From an uncultured delta proteobacterium (GTDB lineage: Bacteria > Desulfobacterota > Syntrophorhabdia > Syntrophorhabdales > WCHB1-27): DNA of 64,000 bases. Location: positions 104,045 through 168,044 of the forward strand of contig CAWGRP010000007.1 of assembly GCA_963825005.1 (NCBI GenBank), written 5' to 3'. Under the pieces are notes generated by a model. That model was not told the DNA's origin and searched no databases. It saw only the letters and a list, made by a program, of their open reading frames with translations. Of the stretch, positions 44,620-54,157 are shown one piece after another (positions within the stretch are counted from its first letter, which is position 1; every line of letters starts with the position of its first letter). Made by a program: the position numbers and the translations under genes.

Positions 44620-45094
44620 ACTTCCCTCCCGCGATCTTGACGATGTCACAGAGAAGAACTATGCACTGTACAAAACAGCAGGCTGCCAATCCGTACGCTA
44701 CAGGGTAGAAAGGGAGATGCCGGGTGAGCGTCACCTCGCCCGCTGTATGTAGTTCGTAGCCGAGTTTGAGCAGATTCCAGCCGATGAGGACGAAGAGCAC
44801 TACGCTGATCAATCTTGTCGCGACATCGAATCCATTCTGAACCGGCTTTGACAGTTTGCGGTAAAATGTATCCACAAATATGTGGCCTCGAAACCAGGAC
44901 GTGACAGGAATGGCAAAGCCAAGCACAACAGCCCCGCCGAGACCAACCAGTTCAAAGGTGCCGATGATGGGATGACCGAAAGTCCTACCGATGACGTCTA
45001 TGGTCGTGAGAAGCATAAGGCACGTCAGTGCAACACACGAGACCGCCTGCATCCATTTGCTCACTTTTTCGACTAATCCGAGTACTGCTTCCAT
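44612..45094 (-). CDS. dctQ: TRAP transporter small permease
   Basis: 4-TM protein of about 160 aa. ATG 45094 is preceded by GGGAGGT. Confidence 0.85.
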   Translation of the reverse strand: MEAVLGLVEKVSKWMQAVSCVALTCLMLLTTIDVIGRTFGHPIIGTFELVGLGGAVVLGFAIPVTSWFRGHIFVDTFYRKLSKPVQNGFDVATRLISVVLFVLIGWNLLKLGYELHTAGEVTLTRHLPFYPVAYGLAACCFVQCIVLLCDIVKIAGGKYE

Positions 45095-45210
45095 GCTACC
45101 TCCCATGAAACCATCAGCGCAGGATTGATTCGCTAACAGACAGGCCTGTAAGCATGCAGCTCCCAAAGCCTGTGTCGCTCAGATGCTAAGGCCGATGGCG
45201 TGTCTTTGTG

Positions 45211-46233
45211 CTAATGGCTCTTTACATAATCCATACAGAATTTAACCGCTTCATTGCCCGGGAGCCCTTTTGAATTCAGCTCTTTTATATAATCATCGAA
45301 CATCGGCTTGAGTGCGGCCTTCCATTTTTCCTGTTCCTGGGCAGGCAACTGGATTATCTTTCCGCCCTTCGAAATGAGCAGGTCGGCGCCTTCTTTGTCA
45401 GCATCGTCCCAGTTCTTCCCCGCCTTTTCTATCCACTCCGTATTGATCTGTTCGATTATTTTTTGATCCGCAGCTGGAATCGAATTCCATTTATTCTTGT
45501 TCATGAAGATATAGGCTGCGTTGACGTGCGAGGCACCATAGTTTGTGGCGAAGCTGAGGACCTCTGCAAGCTTCCACCCCTTCATGACTTCAGTAGGTCC
45601 GACCACGCCATTCACCACGCCTCTGGCCAGCGCATCGTACGCGTCACCCATGGGCATACCCACGGGTGCGCCCCCCAGGTACTCAACTATTTTTGCGCTG
45701 GTGCCCGTCGACCGTATCTTGAGCCCCTTCACCTCTTCCAGTTTTGTTACCTCTTTCTTTGTATCGAGGAATTGCGGGCCAGCCGTGTAAAAGAACATTA
45801 TTTTGACATCATCATATTCCTTCGGCTTGAACTTCTTGTAAAACTCGTTGGCGAGATGGGTACCCATCATTGCGCTCTTATACCCGTAGGGAAGGTCGAT
45901 GGTCTCAGTGAGGGGAAAGCGTCCCTTCGTGTATCCTGCGAAGGTATCACCGAGATCTGCGATGCCCTTCTTCACGCTGTCAAAGACCTGGGTAGTGGGC
46001 GCGAGAATGCCGCCCGGAAAGATGTCAATCTTGACTCTGCCATTTGTTCTTTTGTCGACTTCTTTGCACCAGTCGGCCATGAGCATGGCAAAACGGTGTG
46101 TGGCCGGAAACGTTGATTCGGAGAACTTGAGTGTAACAGGCTTCTGATCGGCGGCATCACTTTTCGGGCATGCCAGACCGAGCAGAAGAGCAAAACCCAT
46201 GACCAGACAGACTGCTGCAAATTTCCTCTTCAT
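45211..46233 (-). CDS. dctP: TRAP transporter substrate-binding protein
   Basis: Signal peptide MKRKFAAVCLVMGFALLLGLA; DctP-family core. GGAGGTG RBS before ATG 46233. Confidence 0.9.
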   Translation of the reverse strand: MKRKFAAVCLVMGFALLLGLACPKSDAADQKPVTLKFSESTFPATHRFAMLMADWCKEVDKRTNGRVKIDIFPGGILAPTTQVFDSVKKGIADLGDTFAGYTKGRFPLTETIDLPYGYKSAMMGTHLANEFYKKFKPKEYDDVKIMFFYTAGPQFLDTKKEVTKLEEVKGLKIRSTGTSAKIVEYLGGAPVGMPMGDAYDALARGVVNGVVGPTEVMKGWKLAEVLSFATNYGASHVNAAYIFMNKNKWNSIPAADQKIIEQINTEWIEKAGKNWDDADKEGADLLISKGGKIIQLPAQEQEKWKAALKPMFDDYIKELNSKGLPGNEAVKFCMDYVKSH

Positions 46234-46300
46234 AGAAACACCTCCATGTTTGTATATTTTGATCGCTCGCCTCATCGTGGGCAGTTCAAGCTCATCGGGA

Positions 46301-46699
46301 TCATTTCTTGTAATCCAGAACATGGATGCCAAACACGTAATTAGGTGAATCACACTTCAGAACGGTAAAGCAATGCTTGACGCCCGGCGGGATAAAGACG
46401 GCAAACGGCGATTCTACCGTGAACCTCTCATCTTCCATCTGGACCTCGATGACAACGTCGCCCCGACCTTGCGTGACCGAGAGATAAATCTCCGGATGGT
46501 CCGTATGAACATGAGGGTCCGCATGCGGGTCGCGTACTCTTCCGCTGACATCCATGCCGTTGATCCTCATATGTACCCCCGGGAAAATATCGGGATAGAT
46601 CCAGGAGGGAGGTGGACTGTGATGTCCTTCCATCTCCTCAAATTGCGGAAGATCGGTGACGACGTACTGCGAGTATTTTGATCCTGTCTTATCTCCCAT
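46301..46699 (-). CDS. cupin domain protein
   Basis: 132 aa from ATG 46699 (GAAGGAGGA RBS). His-rich metal-site region DPHADPHVHTDHPEIY and beta-rich composition. The family call is moderate. Confidence 0.6.
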   Translation of the reverse strand: MGDKTGSKYSQYVVTDLPQFEEMEGHHSPPPSWIYPDIFPGVHMRINGMDVSGRVRDPHADPHVHTDHPEIYLSVTQGRGDVVIEVQMEDERFTVESPFAVFIPPGVKHCFTVLKCDSPNYVFGIHVLDYKK

Positions 46700-46748
46700 C
46701 GCTAACCTTTCCTCCTTCATTCTTTCTCTTAGCCGTAACTCATATGGA

Positions 46749-47532
46749 TCAGTGGAGCATGTGTTTGCCGCAACTCACCGACACTGTCTCTCCGGTTATT
46801 CCACTCGAATCGTCCGAGGCCAGAAAGACCGCGGCCGCTAGCGACTTCAGACGCCTCCACGAACCTGGCGAGTGAACAATCCTGGGTCATACTTGCCATC
46901 ACATCATCGTAGTTAAGGCCCAGCGCTTTGGCTTTATCTCTCGCAACGTTCTCGACGCGCTCTCCCCTCACCCTGCCGGGGCTGATGCAGTTCACGCGGA
47001 TGCAGTATGCTCCAACCTCTATCGCAAGTGTCTCGGTCAGGGCAATGACTCCACGCTTCGATACCGCGTAAGGACTCCTCATAGCGAAGCCGGACCTGCC
47101 GCCTTCCGAGCTGATATTGATGATACTGCCCTTTCGCGCTGCAATCATAGGCTTCAGCACTTCCCTGGCGCACAACATAGGTCCGGTTACGTTTATAGCC
47201 ATCACATCGTTCCAGGCATCAAGATCCAGGTCCGCGACGTTGGTCGTGGGTCCTCCTGTACCGCTGTTATTTACCAATACGTCTATCCGGCCGTGCTTAT
47301 CCAGCGTATATGCAACCATCTTCCTTACCTGATCTTCGTGCCGGACATCGGTGACAAAGGCATCCGCTCTGCCTGCCTGAGATCGGATCTCTTCTATAGC
47401 AGACTCCATGCTCGCGAGGTCACGGGCCGCCATTACGACAATAGCGCCTTCTCTGGCAAAGGCCAGTGAAATTGCTCTACCGATACCCTTCCCGCCGCCC
47501 GTCACTATCGCCACCCGATCTTTCAGTTTCAA
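46749..47532 (-). pseudogene. SDR family oxidoreductase with a frameshift ~30 codons before the end
   Basis: TGGGKGIG, NNSG, YAVSK. After ...FVEASEVAS the paralog-like tail AAVFLASDDSSGITGETVSVSCGKHMLH* is in another frame, ending at TGA 46749-46751. One extra G/C at 46835-46836 explains it. Confidence 0.8.
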
Positions 47533-47569
47533 GGAACCACCTCCGCAAGGGTACTTAGGACCATCTCGT

Positions 47570-48601
47570 TTACTTCGGATTTTTCTTCAGGTAATCAAGG
47601 GCGAATTTCAGCACCTCGTCTCCCGGCAAGCCCTGTGCTTTCGTCGTCTTGACGTAGTCATCCAATACCGGCTGCACTGCTTTCTTCCAGCGCTCCCCCT
47701 CCTCTTTTGACAAGGTAATAGTCTTGTTCCCCCGTTTTAATGAGAAATCCTTCCCTTCCTTGTCGATCTCGTCCCAGACCATAGCAACTTTCTCGACCCA
47801 TTCCTCGTCCAGTTGATCTACCATCTTCTGCAGATCGGGAGGCAAAGACTCCCATGTTTTCTTGTTCATGACTACGAATAAGCCGCTCGACATAGCACTC
47901 GGATATGATTCCGTCGTGTACTTCACCACTTCTCCTAATTTCCAGCCGTCCAGGGCTTCATACGGGAAAAAACCGCCGTCAGCCACGCCCTTCGACAGCG
48001 CATCATAGACATCACTGATAGGCATGCCCACGGGTGAGGCTCCCAGAGCTGTAGTCGGCGCCACTTGGAGTCCGCTCGCGCGAATCTTCATGCCTTTGAG
48101 ATCCTCCAGCTTCGACACAGGTTTCTTTCCCGTGTGGAGCAGGGCGGGTCCGATCCCCTGGAGGTACAGTACCCTTACATCGTCAAGTTCTTTCGGCCTG
48201 AATTTCTTGTAGTATTCGTTGAAGAGCTTCGTCGCAACCCGGGAGTTCGGATAGCCGAGAGGGTGATCGGTAAATTCGCTTAAAGGAAATCTCCCCCTGG
48301 TATAGCCGAGAGTGCCCATGCCGATAGCCGCTATGCCCTTACTCACACTGTCGTAAATCATAGGGGCAGGGGTCAGGGTGGCTCCGTGAAACGGTGTGAC
48401 CTTGATTCTGCCTCCGCTCCTCTTCTCTATCTCCTTGCACCATTGGTCAACGAGGACAGCCTGCTTATGGGTGGCCGGAAAGTAATCGGCGTAATTAAGA
48501 GTGAACACCTTCTGCTGAGCAGCAGACTCGGACGCCACAAAAACGACCGGGAGAAGCGCCAGTGCAACCCAAAGAATCATAAACTTGTATGAACCTTTCA
48601 T
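47570..48601 (-). CDS. dctP: TRAP transporter substrate-binding protein
   Basis: Signal peptide MKGSYKFMILWVALALLPVVFVAS; AGAGGAGG RBS. Homologous to 45211..46233 and 62838..63866. Confidence 0.9.
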   Translation of the reverse strand: MKGSYKFMILWVALALLPVVFVASESAAQQKVFTLNYADYFPATHKQAVLVDQWCKEIEKRSGGRIKVTPFHGATLTPAPMIYDSVSKGIAAIGMGTLGYTRGRFPLSEFTDHPLGYPNSRVATKLFNEYYKKFRPKELDDVRVLYLQGIGPALLHTGKKPVSKLEDLKGMKIRASGLQVAPTTALGASPVGMPISDVYDALSKGVADGGFFPYEALDGWKLGEVVKYTTESYPSAMSSGLFVVMNKKTWESLPPDLQKMVDQLDEEWVEKVAMVWDEIDKEGKDFSLKRGNKTITLSKEEGERWKKAVQPVLDDYVKTTKAQGLPGDEVLKFALDYLKKNPK

Positions 48602-48652
48602 GAGAACCTCCTCTTTATTTTGTTTGATCTGAGCGCTCCATGGTGACAAGAA

Positions 48653-49954
48653 TCACTTATAAAACAAACTTGGTAGAAATGTTGCAATCTGTGGGAAGAT
48701 AAAGAGAAGTATCCCGCAGACCACAAGCGAAGCCAGGAACGGATAGACACCGCTGTAAACAACTCCTATGGGAACCTTCGTGATGTTCTTGACGACGAAC
48801 ACATTTATTGCGACCGGCGGAATGACAACGCCGATCATGACTGTAACGGAGATCATCATGCCGAACCAGAGGGGATCATAGCCAAGCTTCAACACCGCAG
48901 GATAGAAAACGGGCGTGGCCAGAATCATGAAGGCAAGATCATCAATGAAAGATCCTCCAATAAGATAGATGAGGGTAATGAAAAACATAATGAGTGAACG
49001 GTGAACGGGCAATTGCACGACCCAGTCAGATACGAGCATCGGTATTTTCGTTACCGCGAGAAAATGGCCCAGGACTGCGGAGCCCGCCAGGAGCAAAAGG
49101 ACCATGGTGGCCGTGACCAGGCTTTCCATTACGGATTGCGCCGTTTTCGTGATATTGATGTCTCTTTTGGCAAAGGAGAGCACGATAACGGCGAATGTTC
49201 CAACGCTTCCGGCTTCGGTCGGGGTGAAAAAGCCTTCCAGTAGTCCGCCGATAATGATCAGGAAAATGATGATCGGCCAGATGACCTCGGGGAGCGCGGA
49301 GAGCCTGGCTTTCCAGGAAAACCTCTCTCCCACGGGGCCGACTGAAGGATCAATCTTGCACCAGCCTACAATGATAAAAACGAAGAAAAGCGCAATCAGG
49401 AGTCCCGGGGCGATGCCGGCGATGAACAGCTTTCCTATCGACTGTTGGGTGATCACGCCAAAGATAATCAGGACCACGCTCGGCGGTAGCAATATCCCGA
49501 GTGTGCCGACCGTGGCAACGATCCCGGTGGACAATTTTTTGCTATAGCCAAAACGATCCATTTCTGGGACGGCGACGCTGGCAAATGTTACTGCCGTTGC
49601 AACGGTAGAGCCGGAGATTGCCTTAAAAATTGTTGCACCGGCAACAGTGGCGATCGCAAGGCCCCCTGGGATGTGGCCGATGAACTTGTGGGCCGTATCG
49701 TAAAGTCTTCGCGCGATCCCCGCATTGAATGCAACCTGGCCCATCAGAATGAAGAGCGGGACAACGGTGAGACTGTACGATTCAAATGTGTCAAAGACAT
49801 CCTTCGCCATCATATTGAATGCCGCTTCGAAGGAGACGAGATATCCGAAGCCGACGAAGCCGACCAGAATCATCGCAAAAGCTAGTTCGATTCCCGTCAA
49901 AAAAAACGCCAGCAGGACACCGAGACCCAGGATCCCAACGACGACCTCACTCAT
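48653..49954 (-). CDS. dctM: TRAP transporter large permease
   Basis: Colinear with 43315..44619. ATG 49954 overlaps the dctQ stop by 8 nt. Confidence 0.92.
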   Translation of the reverse strand: MSEVVVGILGLGVLLAFFLTGIELAFAMILVGFVGFGYLVSFEAAFNMMAKDVFDTFESYSLTVVPLFILMGQVAFNAGIARRLYDTAHKFIGHIPGGLAIATVAGATIFKAISGSTVATAVTFASVAVPEMDRFGYSKKLSTGIVATVGTLGILLPPSVVLIIFGVITQQSIGKLFIAGIAPGLLIALFFVFIIVGWCKIDPSVGPVGERFSWKARLSALPEVIWPIIIFLIIIGGLLEGFFTPTEAGSVGTFAVIVLSFAKRDINITKTAQSVMESLVTATMVLLLLAGSAVLGHFLAVTKIPMLVSDWVVQLPVHRSLIMFFITLIYLIGGSFIDDLAFMILATPVFYPAVLKLGYDPLWFGMMISVTVMIGVVIPPVAINVFVVKNITKVPIGVVYSGVYPFLASLVVCGILLFIFPQIATFLPSLFYK

Positions 49955-50432
49955 TCTTCTCTCCCAAGAACAGCTGAAAGATCTGGGCAATGTTGGCCAG
50001 ACACTGGACAAAAAATGCTATCGCCAGTCCGAACGCGACGGGATAAAATGAGAGTTGAAGGGTCTGAGAACCTTCGTGCTTATCGTAGTAATCAAGCCCG
50101 AGCCTTACGAGATGCCAGGAAATCATGAAGCAGACCGCAACGCAGATCAAACGGGTACAGACGCTGAGCATCTTTTGTCCCTGTGCGGGAAGAGCCTGGA
50201 TCAATACGTCAACGAAAATATGTCCTTTCTTCATCGTAGCGTAAGGAACAGAAAATCCGATTACCAGGGCACCCCCCAGGGCGACGATATCATAGTTACC
50301 CGACATGGGCCTGCCGATAGCGCGGAGCGAAACATCAAAGACGGTGACGAGCATGAGGAAAACAAGAATAACTCCTCCCGCCCCGCCCATCCATGTACTT
50401 ACCGCCAGGATAGAAGCAACGAATTTTCGCAT
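49947..50432 (-). CDS. dctQ: TRAP transporter small permease
   Basis: 161 aa, 4 TM; AGGAGG RBS. Confidence 0.88.
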   Translation of the reverse strand: MRKFVASILAVSTWMGGAGGVILVFLMLVTVFDVSLRAIGRPMSGNYDIVALGGALVIGFSVPYATMKKGHIFVDVLIQALPAQGQKMLSVCTRLICVAVCFMISWHLVRLGLDYYDKHEGSQTLQLSFYPVAFGLAIAFFVQCLANIAQIFQLFLGEKNE

Positions 50433-50451
50433 CGAGCCTCCTGATGCCTGC

Positions 50452-51150
50452 TCATTTTTTCATTCCGAATTCTTCACTGCCAGCCCAATCAGGGGTAACC
50501 CCTCTGACGTCCCGTTTGAAGTCGTCGAGGTGCGCCCGGATGGCTGCTTTCACAGCGGCCGCATCTCCGGCCTTCAGACACTTTACTATGCGGCGATGTC
50601 CCTTCACCGCCTTCAGCCTGATGCTGACCGAACTCTGAACCTGCATTCTATATAGCTTAAGACGCTGCCGAAGGGTGGCCCAGAGACCAAGGAGAGTTTT
50701 CATGCCGCTCGCTCTGATAATGACCTCATCGAACACTTCATCATAGTGAAAGAAAACATCCAGCCGGTCTTCCCTGCACGCCGCTTCCGATTTCATGATG
50801 GCCTGCTGCAACAAATCTATGTAACTTTGATCGTTATTTTCCATCGCCTTCTTGGCTGCCAGAGGTTCAAGAAGAGCCCTTATCTCGTATATTTCAAGTG
50901 CCTCTTCCCACGTAATCTGCCTCACCCGGTATCCCACCCGTGGAAACGACTCAAGAAAGCCTTCCATTTCCAGAACGTGTAAGGCTTCTCTCACCGGAGT
51001 CCGTGAGACCTTCAGTTCCTTTGCAAGTCTCCCTTCGAGTAGACGTGAGCCGGGAGGTATGCTGCCGGACAGAATATCCCGCTTAATTTCCTTATATACC
51101 CGACCCCGAATAAGAGTCGGATTCTCTACGACAAAACTTTTGGCAGGCAT
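50452..51150 (-). CDS. GntR family transcriptional regulator (FadR/FCD subfamily)
   Basis: wHTH LLEGRLAKELKVSRTPVREAL plus a helical FCD domain. ATG 51150 is chosen to give a family-typical N-terminus. Confidence 0.85.
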   Translation of the reverse strand: MPAKSFVVENPTLIRGRVYKEIKRDILSGSIPPGSRLLEGRLAKELKVSRTPVREALHVLEMEGFLESFPRVGYRVRQITWEEALEIYEIRALLEPLAAKKAMENNDQSYIDLLQQAIMKSEAACREDRLDVFFHYDEVFDEVIIRASGMKTLLGLWATLRQRLKLYRMQVQSSVSIRLKAVKGHRRIVKCLKAGDAAAVKAAIRAHLDDFKRDVRGVTPDWAGSEEFGMKK

Positions 51151-51390
51151 GATTTTCTTGTACCCCAGCGTACCCCATCTGTCAAGAATTATTTTGGGCA
51201 GAATTATTTCCCGGCTTCTCCCATTGCCCGAAACGCACCGCGCCAGGCCTTCAGAACAGAACAAAAAACGAACGTAATGCGTTCAGAAAATTTCCGCAGA
51301 ATGGCATTTGTGTTTCTGATTATATGGAACAGGCTTGCGCTGAAGTATGTGTGTGCATTGGATTGGTAACGGCTAGAACGATTTCTGGTG

Positions 51391-52149
51391 CTACAAAGCG
51401 AAGGGCCTTCCCTTCTTCTTTCTGAAGGTCATCTCCATCTTGACAAGGGTTTTGCCAAAATCAAGGGCGTGTTTCAACATCGCTTCGGATGCAGTCTGAG
51501 GATCACGGGCGAGGACTGCCTCAACGATTGGGCGATGCATACCGGCAGGGTGCATGGTGCGTGGATCAGGCCCTACAGCTTCTACCACCCGTTTGGTCAA
51601 CCCCATGAGGGCCCGGACTATAGCCTCAAAAAGATTGTTTCCGCACATCTCCGCCAGAATGAAATGCACCGTTGTCTTGCGGTCCACATCTTCGAGCAGT
51701 TCGCGGACCGGTAATTTTTCGGCCTCTAGAGCCTCCCGGAGTCGTTTGGCATATGCCGGCGTCACGTTCAGTGCAGCCAGACGTGCCACCTCCGGCTCAA
51801 CAAAGAGCCTCACCTGATGGAGGTCAGGGATGGTGATCTTCTCCGCCATGAAGAGATCCAGAAAAGCATCTACGAGATGTCCAAAAGTAAGGTCGGTGAC
51901 GTGCGGGCCGCCCGTCACGCCCTGACGGGTCATGATAAATCCGAGGGTCTCCAGCGCTCTGAGGGCTTCCCTCATAGTCGCACGGCTCACCTGAAACTGC
52001 GCGGCCAGTTCACGCTCGGCGGGGAGCCTGTCCCCGGCCTTAAACTGGCCCAGCAGAATGGATTGCTTCAACTGCTCTATCACTTCGCTGGAAACCCGTG
52101 ATTGTTTGACCGGACTGAATTTACGCATCTCTCCCCGCTGGGTCAGCAT
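51391..52149 (-). CDS. GntR family transcriptional regulator (FadR/FCD subfamily)
   Basis: LPAERELAAQFQVSRATMREAL wHTH plus FCD domain. The start may be 52149 or 52128. Confidence 0.85.
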   Translation of the reverse strand: MLTQRGEMRKFSPVKQSRVSSEVIEQLKQSILLGQFKAGDRLPAERELAAQFQVSRATMREALRALETLGFIMTRQGVTGGPHVTDLTFGHLVDAFLDLFMAEKITIPDLHQVRLFVEPEVARLAALNVTPAYAKRLREALEAEKLPVRELLEDVDRKTTVHFILAEMCGNNLFEAIVRALMGLTKRVVEAVGPDPRTMHPAGMHRPIVEAVLARDPQTASEAMLKHALDFGKTLVKMEMTFRKKKGRPFAL

Positions 52150-52282
52150 ACATCAGCAAGGGCGTGACCTTCAAGGACTTTCAGATTATTTTCTTGACAC
52201 GCCGAATAAAAAACTATTAAGTGTAAATAGTAGCCCATTTAGATTTATGTTCATATGACTCTTTTGGGGTTATTTGACAGTT

Positions 52283-52302
52283 CCCTGTGATCGATCACAG
52301 GG
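52283..52302. promoter_or_regulatory. perfect 20-bp palindrome, candidate operator in the divergent GntR / acyl-CoA synthetase region
   Basis: CCCTGTGATCGATCACAGGG is self-complementary without mismatch. It starts 3 nt after a TTGACA hexamer (52274-52279) and lies 46 nt upstream of GTG 52348. Confidence 0.6.
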
Positions 52303-52347
52303 TCCCTTACTGTAAACACGGTGAGACTTGCTTAAGGAGGTGGATTT

Positions 52348-53865
52348 GTGAATCTTGCGACTAATCTTGAAAGTTCAGCATTCTTTTTCCCCGAACGTCC
52401 GGCCCTCTGCGAGAATGATCTTGAGGTCAGCTATGCGGCGTTGAATGATAGGGCAAGCCGGATAGCAACCGGGCTTCTGCGATTGGGGGTGAAACCGGGC
52501 GACCATATCGGCCTGTGTGCGCCCAATTCCTCAGACTGGATAGCCTTCTATTTTGGCGTACTCAAAACCGGCGCAATTGCAATAACCCTTTCAAGCCTCC
52601 TCACTCCCGACGAGATGACGCTGCTTGTCAACCACTCCAAGCCTCGGTTCATGTTCACGGTCCCGGAAAAGTTGGGATACCTCGAACCCCTGAAAAGCTC
52701 GCAAGTGTTGGAGAAGATTATTTGCGCCGGAGGTGATCTTGAGTTACGCCACATCCTGGAGAGCGGCTCGGGGTCGTTCAAGGCTGTGCAAAGAGATCGC
52801 AATGACACGGCCGCCGTTCTCTATACAGGCGGGACCACAGGAACGCCGAAAGGTGTGATGCTCACCCACGAGAATATCAATGTGTCAGCTTACAATGTTG
52901 CCCGCAGCGAACGGTCGACAGAAGACGATCGGGCGCTCTGTTTCCTGCCGTTCAATCACGTGTTCGGCCAGGCACACATAATGAACGCGACCATCTTCAG
53001 CGCCGGTTGTCTGGAACTCCTGCCCGGCTTCGACATCGATCGTGTTTTAGGTCTCACCCAAAAAGGCAGAGCTACAAAACTCTTCGCGGTCCCGACTGCC
53101 TATGCCAGAATGCTTACCATTGATGACCTGCAAAAAAAGTTGGGCCGTGTCCGCTATTGTTTTTCGGCGGCAGCCAGCATGGCGGTCGAATTCGTAAAGC
53201 AGTGGAAGGAGTTGACGGGTATCACCATATCCGAAGGTTATGGAATGACGGAGTCAGCTTCGGCGGTCACCTATAACCATTATTACAGGCACGTCGTGGG
53301 CTCAATAGGGACATGCGTCCCCCTGGTCGAGGTGGAGATCAGAGATAAGTCGGGCAATCCGCTGGAACTGGGCCAGGAGGGGGAAATATGTATCCGTGGG
53401 CCCAACATCATGTCGGGCTACCTGGAAAACGAAAAAGAAACAGCCGCGGCTTTTTGGGAAGGTAGGTGGTTTCGCTCCGGCGATGTTGGTCGGTTCGACA
53501 GCGATGGCTATCTGTACATCGTTGATCGCATCAAGGACATGATCATAACCGGAGGAGAAAACGTCTACCCCCGGGAGGTGGAGGAGGTTATCTACAGCTT
53601 CGGCGGGGTAGCTGACTGCGCGGTCGTTGGCGTGCCGGACAGAGAGTGGGGGGAACGCGTTGTTGCTTTCGTTAAACCCGAGGAAGGAAAGGCAATAGTC
53701 TCTGAAGAGCTCAAGCAGTACTTAAAAGCACGTCTTTCTCCCTTCAAGGTCCCCAAAGAATACCTCGTCCTGCAGGAGATGCCGCAGAGTTCTGTCGGCA
53801 AGATACTGAAACGCGAGCTTAAAGAACTGTACAAGGTCCTGACCCCGGGGAGGCTTCACTCCTAA
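52348..53865 (+). CDS. AMP-dependent acyl-CoA synthetase/ligase
   Basis: YTGGTTGTPKGV, GYGMTE, GRWFRSGD...DRIKDMIITGGENVYP. GTG start with AAGGAGG RBS. Confidence 0.92.
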   Translation: MNLATNLESSAFFFPERPALCENDLEVSYAALNDRASRIATGLLRLGVKPGDHIGLCAPNSSDWIAFYFGVLKTGAIAITLSSLLTPDEMTLLVNHSKPRFMFTVPEKLGYLEPLKSSQVLEKIICAGGDLELRHILESGSGSFKAVQRDRNDTAAVLYTGGTTGTPKGVMLTHENINVSAYNVARSERSTEDDRALCFLPFNHVFGQAHIMNATIFSAGCLELLPGFDIDRVLGLTQKGRATKLFAVPTAYARMLTIDDLQKKLGRVRYCFSAAASMAVEFVKQWKELTGITISEGYGMTESASAVTYNHYYRHVVGSIGTCVPLVEVEIRDKSGNPLELGQEGEICIRGPNIMSGYLENEKETAAAFWEGRWFRSGDVGRFDSDGYLYIVDRIKDMIITGGENVYPREVEEVIYSFGGVADCAVVGVPDREWGERVVAFVKPEEGKAIVSEELKQYLKARLSPFKVPKEYLVLQEMPQSSVGKILKRELKELYKVLTPGRLHS

Positions 53866-53931
53866 GCGGAGCCAAGGAAGCCAAAACGTTCGGGGAGTCA
53901 TACGAACAATGAGAACAGTTCGCGTTCGAAG

Positions 53932-54051
53932 ATGAACGCAGCACTGCAGCGATACGCGGCGGATGATTATGTGAAGATGGCGAAGGGCAAGGGGCTCCCC
54001 GGCGACGAAGCATTGAAATTCGCCGAAGAATTCTTGAAGAAAAACCCGTAA
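53932..54051 (+). pseudogene. dctP: remnant of a dctP gene (last ~40 codons only)
   Basis: The translation MNAALQRYAADDYVKMAKGKGLPGDEALKFAEEFLKKNP* aligns with the C-termini of the three intact DctPs (...AAQPLFDSYVKKMKEKNLPGDEVIKFVREYLKANPK). It sits directly upstream of a dctQM pair. Confidence 0.7.
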
Positions 54052-54157
54052 CAGTACTGGTGCTCATTATGGGGGCTGTGGTGTGCAGCCCCCATTGCAT
54101 CACGTAGCTATAGGTCAAGAGATTCTAATTTCGTTCTTTCCAAAGGTGGAGGCAGCT

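Noticed and set aside
46829-46842. Overlapping SacII-NotI-NheI sites (CCGCGGCCGCTAGC) that look like a cloning polylinker.
   Set aside because: The sequence lies inside a conserved SDR reading frame and, once the frameshift is corrected, encodes the Ala-rich motif EVASAAV shared with the paralog. It is a coincidence of GC-rich Ala/Ser codons, and there is no vector-like sequence around it.
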